Source: Macrostomum hystrix
Lineage: Eukaryota; Animalia; Platyhelminthes
Length of the DNA: 64,000 bases
Assembly: GCA_950097015.1 (NCBI GenBank)
Contig: CATNEN010000001.1
Span: forward strand, 15,624,001 to 15,688,000
Direction of reading: 5' to 3'
Shown: positions 1-12,635 of the stretch, one piece after another
Position numbering within the stretch: the first letter of the stretch is position 1
Layout of the letters: every line of letters begins with the position of its first letter
Notes under the pieces: generated by a model
Databases searched by the model: none
Seen by the model: the letters and a program-made list of their open reading frames with translations, nothing else
What the model was told of the DNA's origin: nothing
Translations under genes and position numbers: made by a program

Positions 1-2030
1 TCAGCAGGATTCCGGCGAATTGATCGACAAACGCCCCCGCAGCTAGGTTGATTCTCGCAAAGGCGCCCAGTCCCTTCTCGCCCGCAGGTGCAACAGCGAT
101 CGCGGTGTCTCTTCCCGTTGATGCCCAGTATGCGCTCGGTTGTATCTCTAGTGGATGTCGGGGGACGATAATCGACACGGGGGACGACAGCCGATAGATC
201 GGCTGAGCCTCTGAGCCGGCCTCTTCTTAACGGTCGGGTCAGGCAAAGGCTGTGCGGGGGTGCAGTTAAACACGATTTAATTTGTTTTTTTTTCATGCTT
301 CTAAATCGCCCTTCTCTCCATCGCCTCTCTCACATTTCACTTGCTTGCTGACATCTCGTTTGCATCTCATCTCACTTAATCGGCCTCTACTTTTTACTCC
401 CTCTTAATCCTCTCTTCTCTCATTAAATTACTCAAAGAAAAACGATTACAGAAAAGGAAACTTTGCCCCTAAATCAGCTTTATACAGCCACACCATCCAA
501 CCGCAATCAATTGATTGACGAACCTCTAATGGACATACTGCTAGGGCGATTCGTAAAGATTGATCCACGCGTGAGTTGCCTTCGCCCTCTTCCTCGCTGT
601 CGGAGAAGGATAATTCGACGTTGACCTCAGGGACAGCGCGTTTGTTAGTCTGAAAAATAAAACATTTCTAATTTTTTCTTATTCAGAAACATGTGAATGT
701 GCATAGCAGAAATTAAGACGCGGGGCCTACATGCAAATATTATAGTGGGAGATTATAGTTGCAGAGGGGAGAAGGAGAATACTTAGAAGGACAAGTTTAT
801 GAACAGGCAGGTCAGGTAACATACGTTCTCATTCACCTGAAGTTCAGCCGTTGATGGAATTACGCAAGAATGTCGCTTGAATCGGACTATAAGTCCCGGG
901 CCAGTTTCGCAGGCCACTCTGACCTGATCAGCGCGTTGGGAAGTCTGGCAATGTATGCATGCAATACGTGAGTGTACAATAGAAATATAACAAAAGAATA
1001 AAGGTGTCAAGAAAAGTTGTAAACTTTACAATCTCAAATAATTTGCTGCCTCTGAATTCTCACCTCATTGAGGGCGGTCGATACGCGCTTTAAACGAATT
1101 TTTAAACCCGGCGCTGCTGTGTCTGCACTTCCGCAGTCAGATATTAGGCACTGATCACTCATATCCATGAAATATTAAATGCTTTTGTGATGGCAATAAA
1201 TGGCAAAATAATTTCCTGTGTAATGACTCTGAACGTGTTCGGGTGGGACCGATCGGGTGGGGTGGGGAGGGGAACACATAGACTTGTTATTTCTAGAAGT
1301 TTCTAGAAGTTATTATTTCTAGAAGTCTCTGGGAGCACAGACCAAATGGATAAGATAAGGCTTTCCTTCTGTCTGTAGTGGGGAGACCAGTTATCAGTTT
1401 ATCAGTTTTTATTTGAGCTGCTCCTTCCTCTTTTGGCCGTGCAAGTCCTGTGACTATGCAGAAAAGCTCTACTAGCTAGATGTTTACCGTTTCTAGCAGT
1501 CACTTCAGATAATGGGAATTAAGTGATTCTGGAAGCATGCTTGTTGCTAAACACTAAGCTACTAAGTCAATGAGTACGCGTACAATAAAAGGAATTACAA
1601 AGATAATGACACGCTTTCGAATGCCTTATAATATTAAATTCGATTTAAGAATTTCGTAAAAATGTGCGAAAGAACAATGTTTTGGCATTAAAGTGTCAAC
1701 ACATTCTTCAGGCAACGGACGACAAGAAAAATGGACTCCTGTTATCGGAGACCACACACCGCCTCAAATAAACCTTATCGCTTATCATTCCCGGTAGTTA
1801 TTTTGCTATTCGTACTTTGCTGCTCAATATCTTAGTCTTGTCTCTGATACGTACGTGTGAGTTCATACAGTGAGTGTATACGTCTGAGTCACATACGAGT
1901 TTATGCTTGCAACTCTGGGAGTATACATTTTTTTAAATTTGTACATTTTTATGTCTGTAGTCAAATTGATGCAAAACATTAACAGTCAAAATTACATTTG
2001 CTGACAAGGGTGGAACAGAATGCGATTCCG

Positions 2031-4045
2031 CTACTCAACACCAGAGAGAGGAATCACCAGCCATGCCTTTCCAGTCTTGCGAGGGAACAGAAAGCACTTC
2101 CTGTGGGGAGTGCCAGTAACAAAAGATAGTGTTTTACAATAGACTCCGATACCCAGTTTTGAGGACGGATATGGATAGTCATACAAGTCCTTTTGCAGCG
2201 ACAGAATATTGCCAGTTACTTGGTCACCAAGAACAGAAGTAATCCGAACAACAGCCATTCACGATGCAACAGTTGTCGGGCATCTTAACAGAGTACTTAA
2301 TGGGCTGAATTGGGTTGCTGACTAGTAAGTCGCGAAGTGAAAGCATTTGATTTAGCAAGTAAGATGATACAAAGCGCGTTACTCGAAGGCGACCCTTTAA
2401 GTGAGAGAGGTAGTTCTCATATGGAAAGGCCGAAAAGTTGGACATATTTCCACGTTGCCTCGCGTATCGAAACAAGTGCAAAAGAACGTGAGCATTGTGA
2501 GTCATGAAACTGTTGCCGTACAGTTGAGCTGCGTCATACACAAAACGTTTCATGGCAGATTCAGCGGCATCAAGAAGTTCAGGCTGTGGGCTATCAGAGC
2601 AAAGAACATAACAGGCAAAGTGAAATAGAAGAAAATTCCTGTACAGCTCTGTTGGCAGAAATTTGCGAAAAAATACGGGCGCACATACAAAGTCCACGTG
2701 CGGAACTCGCTGGCTTTGAAATGTCCGAGTTCTCGGTCGATTCTCCGAGGGCGTCTTTGGAAATTTGTCGGTGCATATAGCGCACGTGATTCGGCAAAAT
2801 CAGAAAGTGCGGAAACTTGATCCGGCCTAATTTTGCGCCGCCGTCCGTCATCCATCGCAAAGAGGAAGGTGAAAAGACGCCTAGCGACGCCTAGAAAGAG
2901 CAGGTGCATTGGCTCCGGTGGGCAAGCATCAGGTAGTTGCAAGCCTGGCAGTGACAGGAGCGGACTTGGTTCATGCCGCTGGTTGGATTCCCTGCAGTAG
3001 TTGTTAGCGATAAAGAGTAGTAATAATAATAATTGATTACACCTGCCCCAATCGACAGCACAGCCGCAGCTAATGCGCGGCGCATCTGAAGGCTGCGTAC
3101 GGCTGTTCAGTCCATGGACTGGGGGGACGCCGCACCCACCTTCAATTACCTCAGCTAATGCCGGTACCTATTTAACAGCTGGGTGAACTGAAGCACTGCA
3201 GAGTTAAGTATCTTGCTAAAGGACACAAATTGTTTCAGTGGAGTCGGGAATCGAACTATTGTATATTATTGTATATTGAATATTGTATATTTTATATTGT
3301 ATATAGTAAGTATGTGAATCATTTTTTAGATTTAAAAGGACAGACATATAGACAGTCTGAATCGGAATTACATTTCTTTAGTTGCCATATCCCGATACAC
3401 CCATTTGCACATTTATATGATAACTGATTCACGTATTAAGACAACGTCAGGTCAGGTTCGTAGACATGTAAAAAACATGTCAGATATCCTGCCATGTAGG
3501 CATACAGATGTATAAGCTGGTGTACAAAATTCGCAAAAGCACACACACACACAACCCCATGCACAAACACGCACCTATTAAAACGGTAATCGTCAGCTGT
3601 GCGACACTCTCCGACTTCGACAGGGTAGACTATTCGCCGGTCGACCATCTGGGCTACCACTCTGCAGTAGGGGCAGCCGTGATGTGCGTTGTGGCCCAAA
3701 GTTGCGGTGATGAAGGACCGCGCTGGCGTGTCGCAAATGAACGCGCTGGCGTGTCCTTGATAAAGTCGGCCAGGTACTCGGTAAGAGGTGGTTTAACCAA
3801 CCCAGCATACACAGCAACAGGAAGTGGGCGACAGAATCTCGAAAACTTAACGATAATAGGCCATGCCGCGTAATTTGACGAATTGTAAATCGGCATTCCG
3901 TCAATGCCAACATCAATGTCTAGTTCCAACCTTGCTCTGTCATTCTAGGTGGCTTCCGGATTTCCAAGATCCAACATGCCGCCGCGAATCAGGAACGCCA
4001 GGTTCGAAGCAATACCGATGTAAGAAAAGTGTCCACTACCCATTA
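2031..4045 (-). pseudogene. EnSpm/CACTA(CMC)-type DDE transposase, frameshifted, intron-containing
   Basis: Colinear minus-strand fragments: ...IDVGIDGMPIYNSS..WPI (3654-3929), GHNAHHGCPYC (3436-3699), PPEPMHLLFLGV..RRPR..FKASEFRTW (2550-2942), LYG..FMTHNAHVLLHL..SAFPYENYL (2224-2697). A phase-compatible intron at ~2992-3574 (AG|GTGCGT...CTGCAG|G) contains a SINE. Confidence 0.8.
3030..3257 (-). mobile_element. tRNA-derived SINE (family A), partial
   Basis: Minus strand has the B-box GTTCGATTCC followed by TGTCCTTTAGCAAGATACTTAAC..CAGTTCACCCAGCTGT, a CORE/Nin-like central domain. Related copies at 14178-14757 and 15110-15335. Confidence 0.75.
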
Positions 4046-4154
4046 TTAACCTTTATTTAGTGTCCATTATTATTTAGCATTGATGTGAAAGGGTTCCTGA
4101 AAGAACAGGAGCCCTGTAATTTAGAAACACGAGCATCGCCATCAATTTCAGGCT

Positions 4155-4415
4155 GATCGGGCTGACTGGAACTGGGATTCTCTGACTGCTCGTCGGTGTG
4201 ACTAGAAGTCTCTGGCTGCTCAGGGTGACTGGAACTGGAGTTCTCTGACTGCTCGTCGGCGGTGTGACCGGAAGTCTCTGGTTGCTCCGGGTGACTGGAA
4301 CTGGAGTTCTCTGACTGCTCGTCGGCGGTGTGACCGGAAGTCTCTGGTTGCTCAGGTGACTGGAACTGGAGTTCTCTGACTGCTCGTCGGCGGTGTGACT
4401 GGAAGTCTCTGGAAG
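4155..4415. repeat. ~60-bp tandem repeat, ~4 copies
   Basis: Recurring GACTGGAACTGGAGTTCTCTGACTGCTCGTCGGCGGTGTGACCGGAAGTCTCTGG; accounts for the repetitive ORF 4074-4478. Confidence 0.85.
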
Positions 4416-4534
4416 TTCCATAAAGATCCGATGCAACCCCTGCAGGAACCGACTTTGGTTAGCCAAGAAGTTCCTCATGGAGCTGTCCCGACCCCCGTGA
4501 AGCAGGTTTTTGCAGGGGTTGAAGCAGGGTCAGG

Positions 4535-5925
4535 AAGAAGGATGGCATCTAAGGATGTGCGCTGATTATAGCGTTCATGTGAATGCCAAAATCAGGTCGG
4601 AAGACTATCCGATTCCCAGCGTGGAGTGCTTGCTGGCAAAACTGAAGAACGCCAAGAAGTTTGCAAAGGTTGACTTGCGCTCTGCCTACTGGCAGATCGA
4701 GCTGGATGAAGCTGCACAAGATTTGTCGATCATCAACACGTCCAAGGGACTGTTCCGTGTCAAGCGACTTCAGATGGGAATGAAGAATGCATCCTTCATT
4801 TTCCATCGGACAATGGAGAACATTCTGTCAGACATAAGGGGTGTTCTCATCTACCAGGACGACGTTCTGGTCTTCGCCGAGAATGCAGAGTCGCTGCAAA
4901 AGCGACTCCGCGCCGTGAAGACGAGGCTTGTGGAAAAGCATGTCACAATCAACGAGAGCAAGTGCGTTCAAGAGACAGACGAGATCTCATTCCTAGGCTT
5001 TAAGATCTCGGCTGCTGGCATCCAGCCAGACGACAGGCTCGTGGAGAAGATCCGCAGCATTGCCACGCCCAGTGACAAGAAGGAACTCGAGCACTTCATT
5101 GGACTCATCAACTTCTTTGGTAGGCTGATACCAAACTTCTCCGGCAAGGCGAAGCCCCTCAACGACTTGCGGCGCTCTGACGTGCCATTTGCCTGGACTG
5201 AGAGCTGCGAGAATGCGTTTCGTGTCCTAAAAAAGGAAATCGCATCACAGCCAGTTGTTCAGCCCTACTCTCTAGAGAAGGAACTCACCCTCACGACTGA
5301 CGCTTCCAAAGGTGCCCTCGCCGGCGTAGTGACTCAAGAAGGACACCCGGTCATTTACATCTCCAGAAGCCTCTCAAAGGCTGAACAAAACTACTCCAAC
5401 ATCGAGAGGGAGGCACTGGCAGTCTTTTGGGCAGTCAGTCGCCTCAAGCACTACCTTCTTGGCCGACACTTCAACATTCAGACGGATCACCAACCCCTCA
5501 TTCGCCTGCTGGGTACATCTGGTGGCATCCCGCTCAGCACATCCACACGCATCTCACGATGGGCCCTGGCAATGATGCACTTTGATTACGCTATTCGCTA
5601 CATCCCAGGCAAGGACATCCCGCACGCCGACGCGCTTTCTCGCTTGCGCTTCACAGATTCAACTACCGATTCAAAGGTGTCCAGTGCGATCAACTGCGTG
5701 GCATTCGAGTCCCCTGTCATTGCTCGTCATCGACTCGCATCTGAGATGGATGCGGACATCTTCATCCAAAAGATCATTCAACGCGTTCGCTCTGGTGACT
5801 GGAGTCGATGCTCACAAGCTGAGAAACTGTTTCAGAATGTCTCAGAGATGCTCACACTTGAGGATGGCCTGCTGTTCAGAGGGCGCCAAGTCTTCATGCC
5901 GCCTCGACTCAGAAGAGGGTCCTGA
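4535..5925 (+). mobile_element. Ty3/Gypsy pol fragment (RT + RNase H), truncated at both ends
   Basis: LRMCADY, KVDLRSAYWQI, YQDD, RNase H TTDAS/YSNIEREALAV/QTDHQPL/HADALSR. No protease, integrase or LTRs. Confidence 0.93.
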
Positions 5926-6624
5926 GTCGGGGTCCGGGGGGGAGTCCGGTTCCGAAGGGTGGGTCCAAGGTTCCGTCGGGAAGGTTCTAGAGGGAGCAGC
6001 GCAGCGCGCTTGCTTAAATAGTCCTGCAGCACGCCAACCTCGACATCCATCAAAATAACCCACATTCGCGCCAGCCTGTCAACAGGGAATTGAAGCGGCG
6101 ATGGGCCGCCCCGATTACCCAATGAACCGACGGCGGGAAACGACAGATGCTCCCCGAGAGCAGCCACCGGCAGACGGCCAATGATTGTTACTCCGCCGGG
6201 ACAATGGGAAGCGCAGGCGCCGACCTGCCTACAGTGACATTTACATGTATCTAAGAGAGGAGGTCATAAAGTCGAGCTGGGCTCGAATACTGTAAAGAAG
6301 TGGGGACATGAAGAATTAATGATCACTCATAATGCCCGAGTGATTCCCAATATCTGATCGCGGTTTGGAGGAGAATTATGACCTAAACTACTCATACAAT
6401 AAAAGCTATGGCCGCGATCAGTCATTCCTACAGGGGTCTAGACAGTTCCAGGGAGATGGGATTCAACGGCTACTTAATTCACCGCCGCCCAAAACCCGGC
6501 CCTAAGATTAATGATCTTGTTTGCGGCCAGCTGCTATGTGGGTCGCAATTATTAGATACTTAAAAATTTGAAAAATTATGCTGGCTCACATTCCCACTCG
6601 ATTCCCGCAGCACACTCCACATCA

Positions 6625-6805
6625 AAATACTAATTGCAGGTCCTATTATATATACAAATACTAATTGCAGGGCCTATTATATATACAAATACTAATTGAA
6701 GGGCCTATTATATATACAAATACTAATTGAAGGGCCTATTATATATACAAATACTAATTGAAGGGCCTATTATATATACAAATACTAATTGAAGAGCCTA
6801 TTATT
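6625..6805. repeat. 31-bp minisatellite, ~6 copies
   Basis: Unit AAATACTAATTGAAGGGCCTATTATATATAC. Confidence 0.95.
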
Positions 6806-6879
6806 TTAACACAGCTTGTGATGCATATTTATGAACAGATACTTACATGGCCTTTTTAAAATACATAGCCTTTTTCTTA

Positions 6880-7325
6880 TTTGCAGCGCAACAGGCAGCT
6901 CAGCAGCAGCATCAGCAGCATCAGCAGAATCAGAAGCAACAGCCAGCAGACAGCAGACAGCCCCCGTCCGCCTGTGCCCACTTCGAGGTGAGATAAATAT
7001 TTAATTGTGCAGCTGAATAGCATTATAGTTAGCCTCTGCAAATATATTCGAGTAGACTTTAGCTTAGAAATTATATTCTAATTGCTTTTTTCCATGCTCA
7101 TCCTCAACTCAGTGCAGCTGTACCGGCCTCAGCAGAAGCAGCAGTAGCAGCAGAAGTAGCAGAAGCAGCAGTAGCATCAGAAGCAGCAGCAGCCAGCCCC
7201 GTCCGCCTGTGCCCACTTCGAGGTGAGATAAATATTCAATTGTACAGCTGGATAGCATTAGTTAGCCTCTGCGAAATATAATCGAGTAGCCTTTAGCGTA
7301 GAAAATATTCGAATTGCCTTTCCGT
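6880..7325 (+). repeat. Tandemly duplicated exon-like unit with CAG-rich body
   Basis: Two copies of a CAG-rich tract ending GTCCGCCTGTGCCCACTTCGAG|GTGAGAT with ~100 bp of shared downstream sequence. Each copy is preceded by a pyrimidine tract + CAG. Confidence 0.6.
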
Positions 7326-8419
7326 GTTTATTTGCTTGTCGTCGCTGCCGCCGCCAGTCAAAGTTAAATCAAATTAATGAATGTCATAAGACACAGAGTC
7401 TATGTCAATCAGTGTCAATCAGTCAGTCAATCGATCTCGAACGAAATAATACATCAGTATACTGTACACTGCTGCTGCTCTAATGCAATATCAATAACGA
7501 GAGAAAAAGAGTGCTTGCGAGCAAAGACGTAGAGGAAGCGCGGTCTTCCCAGTTCTAAAAATAGCTGCAGAGCTAGCGCGTGAATTTAAATACACTGTTT
7601 ACGTTGTTATAACGAGAGAAGATGAAAGCGATTTTAGGAAGGCCTTTATGTTCATTTTTTGTCTTAATCTGACTTCCGAATAAATAAATCTAAATAGTTA
7701 GCTAAATGGAGCAGAACTGAACTGCTGCGCACTGAAATATAAGCGCTATACGAAAATTGCTATGTTTGCGTTTCAATGAGGCCCAAATGGCTCTCCGAAA
7801 AGACCGAATAATGAGTCGAAAAAAGCTGGGCAAAAATCTGAAAATTAGGAAAGTATATGAACATATTATTCCTACATAGTAATTTGCTGAAAAACCACAA
7901 ATCGAATATTTTGCTGTATATTTTCTTGAAAAAAAAGTAGACAAAAAATTATATACAGCTTAGGGAATTGGAAAAAATGGATAAAAGGAGCGCATATCAT
8001 TTTGACTGCAATGTGCCTTTAATTCATTCCACGCTGTCTAAAAGAGCGAATCTGATTTAGACAAAATATACAATAAATGTACATAAAAATTAAAACGCTG
8101 TTAAAAAGGACGCCAACAGCTAAAAAATGCATCGCATAATAGTGGCACATATAGTGGCTAAATATGGCAACATTGAACTGTAAAACAAACGAACAACTGT
8201 CTATGCAATCTAACATCACCACCATAAGCACACCTAAAGGATATTGGGTTAATTTTTTCATTGCGGAAGAAGTATCAAATTGATTTTGGTGTCTTTTTGG
8301 ACTTATTTCATTAAAACAATAACAAATGACCATGAAGAAATAAAGAAATAAACCCAAGCAGAAATCGCCTAATTAGGTTGATAGGATTACAGAAAGCAAA
8401 TACGAAACTGATTAATTGT

Positions 8420-10250
8420 TGCAAGAACTTAAGCAGCCTTGTGATTATTAATTATGGGTACAACGAAATATTCGCCTTTAAGTGGGACCTAAATGCAAGG
8501 CTGCAATGGCCTTCCGGAAACGATAGTTCTTGAAAGCTAATAAAAGCCTATTTTTAGAGAAGATAAATCATATGGAACAGAATAAATATTACGCATAAAA
8601 TTAAAAGCAGTGCCTCTGACAATACCATTATCGTAGCTTTTGATTTTCACAACCGTACCATCACTTAACAAAGCGCAATCGTTTGGCGATTTTGAAGAAA
8701 AGGAAACAACAGGTTCGCTGCGCTTATTAATATTGACACTTTGCATGCTACATAACTGATTGGCAGTCCTCTTAAACGTATGACTCCCACCCGTATTTCG
8801 CCTTTTAAGGATCCCTAAAAAATTTTAAACGGGAATGAAGAAAAAGCATCAAAACTTCGTAACTGCTTAACGTACTCCAACAAATGCAATAAGCAATGAA
8901 CATTTTATGATACAGCATGCGCGCCATAAAGCGAGGGAAAGTCGCGCACAAAAATTCGCAGACACGTTTCAGCAGCCTCGTTGTGTATTGACAGATTATC
9001 AGTGCAAAAGCAATAAATAGCAAAGTGGAGATGCAAAAAGTGATTGAAGTACTGCATTGGGAGCGCACGACTAAAAATATGTGATCCGGCATACCGCAAT
9101 AGGGTTCGAAATTCGACAGCTTTAAAATTGCGTATTTCAGAGAATGAGCGCAGCTTCCGGGTGAATGTAGAAGGCAGATACTTAAAAAATTCAATCATTA
9201 GTAAAGAAAGTGCATCAATCTGAGTCTGGGCAAGACGGCAGGCAAGATGCCTTCCTTTCTCAGGTAGAAAAAAGAAAGTAAATTTTGCGCATTACACCAA
9301 GAAGCACAAGGTGCATGTATTCGGGGGGGACTTGATCTCAGGGGCACAACGGAGAGATGCTAATCTGATTGTTTTCTTTGTTCATCGCATAAGAAGTATC
9401 TGAACGCAGATGTGTGCCCTTAGGTCCAACAAAGTCAACACGCTTGAGGAGATATTCCCCTTTCTGTTGGCAATACCCACATCCAAAGTAGCCCGTGTGG
9501 GACTTAATACACTGCAGAAAAGCTCATGCAGAAGCATCACAAACAAAGATTACCTTTGTCAAACGACAGCTAGAGTTTTGCAGAACAAATAATTCCTGCC
9601 TTTGAAGGTCCGCAATCATTTTTAACACAGGCGCCATCAATTTGTGAAGATCAATCTTTCCAACTCCAGCGTAAAGCCCCAAAGGAAAAGGTCCCATGTT
9701 GTTGGTCAAGACTAGTACTGACCATAGACCATAACTTGAACCAGAAAAAAAGCGGTAGGCCATCTACGTTAATTGATAGGGCTAGTAAAATTCTCCTTTT
9801 TCTAGTAGTATCACCTCCTGGAGAGAAAAATGAGCATAGCTGGAGTAGCTTACTTGGACATCCCGTACCGCATTTTTAGGTGTCTCATGCATCGTTCGAA
9901 GGATGTGGATACTCTGTGGGCAGTGTATTCCATGCTTCCGGAGAATTGTAAGCAGCACGCATTTTTTTCGCGCGGCACATTGCAAGCCAAGAAAAAGCAG
10001 TACAGGTCATTCGCCAACGAAGGATTTGTCGCAGGAGTTTATGGAACCAAGTCCTCTATAAACTCTAGGACACCAACATCACTTGCATTGTCAAAAATTA
10101 CCTCATGTTCTGCTTCGTCACTGCTCGACTCAGCAGCAGAATCACACATCAGCGTGTCGATCGGAGGGCCGCCCAGCTCCGAAGCAGCCTCATACAGAGA
10201 CAGTATGAGACTATTATACATTTCGAATATGTTATTTAACATTCTGAAAT
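8420..10250 (-). pseudogene. Second EnSpm/CACTA-type transposase, decayed
   Basis: Fragments: LLTILRKHG..CP, NVDG, WSVL..PLGLYAG, FVCDA, PPEYMH (~9312-9330), PSTFTRKLRSFSEIRNFKAVEFRTLLRY, SLYGAHAVS*NVHCLLHL, FSSFPF. Many stops and frameshifts. Confidence 0.78.
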
Positions 10251-10859
10251 TTGAATCGGCTTGTGAAATGAAACTATTGATTTACTGAAGATCTCAGACT
10301 ATTATAGGCATAGGAGAACCTAGAAATCTCATTCTTACACTCAACAATTAAATTATTGACTATAAACGTAAAACGAAAAAACAAAAAAAACTAAAACCAT
10401 TAAAACTGACTTAGCTTGTTAGCTCGCACAAATCACAAGCTACTAACATTAATTAAGAAATGCAAAGAAACAATAAGTAGAAACAACAGTATAGAAATAT
10501 TTATACGAAAACTGTCTGGTTGTTGGCATACCATTGCTTCACACAATTACAACATTGGTTATTTTAGTACTTTGACGAAGGCAAAAATGCAATATTTGAA
10601 GGTCCTTGGCTTTTAGAATTTACTTATAGTTTTTAGTTAGCAGAAGGCCACATGGCCAGGAACTGCATTTTTAAATTAATTTTTGAATACTTCATTTTTT
10701 ATAGCATTCTAACTGCCAAGGGAAATTGCTTGTGAAAAACTTGTAAAAACATGTAGAAAAAGCAGACGACAGAAAATGGAATTATGCAAAATGAAGGCTG
10801 ACTAAACTAAACTAGTTTAGTGCATATTAAAAAGGCATGAATCTTGTCAAATGTCAGTA

Positions 10860-12255
10860 AAAGAGCAAACAATCCGTAAAAATCAACCTTGCTGTTGCTG
10901 TCAGTAAAATATAAATGTTTAGAACTATATGAAAAACTTGTCACAAATCAGAGATGCAAAGATATCAGGAAACTTCCTTTAAAGCCAGACGTTTTGCTAT
11001 TTGATAGACAGCAGTCCTTATGACTGAGCCACCAACAGTAGCCAAGAGAGCAACATACAACAACATCTCGTATAATTGAGAATTAACAAAGTAAATTAAA
11101 ATATTTACTTGAAAAATGTTAAAATAAGACAATTAAAATCTAACTTACTGCAACTTGATTCTGACTAGCATTCTTTGATACTTCACTTTCTAAAGTCTCG
11201 AATTCTTCTTGACTAGATACTGGAATAAGACGACCTATGGATACAACTGCAGATAATTCTGCAGAACCAGCCTCAGTGTACAAATTTGGAGCCTTTGGTG
11301 ACTGAGTGACTAGTTGGTTCACATGCTTGTACATTGCATTCTGAGTGATAGTCAACACATTTAGCTTGTTAAGCAAAGCTGTAAGCAACTTTGTATTGTT
11401 GACATTGAAGCCCTTCTGGCTTGCTGGAGCTAAAAACTATCATTAGCTCTTGATTGACTATTTTGCTCAGCATTAGCTTCACCATATTGGACATCACTTG
11501 AAGCATGGCTCCATTGCCTGAGGCAATGGGCTAGAATTGGCAGCAAGGGCATTTGAGCTCTGATGGTGTTGAAACTCTGGAATTGAAGACTGGTTGCCAT
11601 TTATTCCAACTAGGACTTGCTGTTGTTCCAAACTCTTCTTTGACTTTGGTGTCACACTTAGAATAGATTCTGTAACAATTTTTTATGCAGACTCATCTAT
11701 ATCAATAGAATGGTCTATAGCACTAGTTGCATGAGCTTGAGTTAAAGCTTTTGCTAATGTCTGTGGAACATGTTTTAGAGGTGGCAACGCAATGCTTTCC
11801 TTCTCTATGCTAAAACTAGAAGTACTCCTAGGTTCATTCCCAGAAAGCTCATTTTGAAAACTCCTATTATCATCAGATTCAGGTTTCAGATGCACCAAAC
11901 CTGATTGATTTTATTGGCTTAAACCGAGCTCGTCCAGTAGAAAGAAACAATGAAATTTCTTTAAAAGATCATAGTAAGACTTTTGTCTAAAATGAATTAG
12001 TTCAAAGCAATATTGGGCTGTAAATTACAGTGCCTCAACTGTAGGACCAAGTTGAATCACAATTGCAGAATGCTCTTTTAGATTAAATTCAGACGAACTT
12101 AGTAAGCAAATCTGAGTCCTTCGAAACTCCTCATTTGAAACCAATACATTGATCAAACTTTCATCAAAATTTGTATTTTCAATAGCAATAGTCATCACAC
12201 TATTAAATTCTTTGAAATATATAAGTGCATACTTGCACTCAATGAAAGGAAGCAT
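10860..12255 (-). pseudogene. Probable accessory gene of the EnSpm element (DUF4806-like), fragmentary and multi-exon
   Basis: Same-strand ORF pieces 12025-12255, 11683-11898 and 11140-11388, upstream of the transposase. LIPVSSQEEFETLESEV resembles the start of DUF4806 and is followed by a GTAAGT donor. Confidence 0.4.
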
Positions 12256-12258
12256 CTG

Positions 12259-12635
12259 CCCGGTTTAAAAGTCATCGTCCGCCGGACGTCTTTCGGACCC
12301 CTACGGTCCCATTTTGGCCTTCGTCAGCTCAGCTAAAAAATCGAGTTAGCTGCTGAAAACGTCTTAAGAGGCCTTGATTTCAGTTATAAATGCATTTAAA
12401 AGATGAAAAAAATTGTACTTCGTATAGTCCGATTTCAGTCTGCATAAGGCCGACGCGTCCGCGGTCCGTTTTGAGTCCTCAATAGGGCGACGAGGAGGAC
12501 GATGTTCCATAAAAAATTACTTGAGTTAGCTGCTAAAAACGCCTTAAGAGGCTTTATTTTCAGCTACTTCTACATTTAAAAGATGAAAAATGGTGTAATT
12601 ATAACAGTCCGATTCCAGTCCGCAAAGGTCCTTTT
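12259..12635. mobile_element. Possible DNA-transposon terminus / MITE (CCC start, subterminal repeats)
   Basis: Begins CCCGG, has repeated GTCCG/GACGTC motifs and a ~180-bp internal duplication (GAGTTAGCTGCT..AAAACG..TTAAGAGG at ~12342 and ~12523). Confidence 0.35.
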
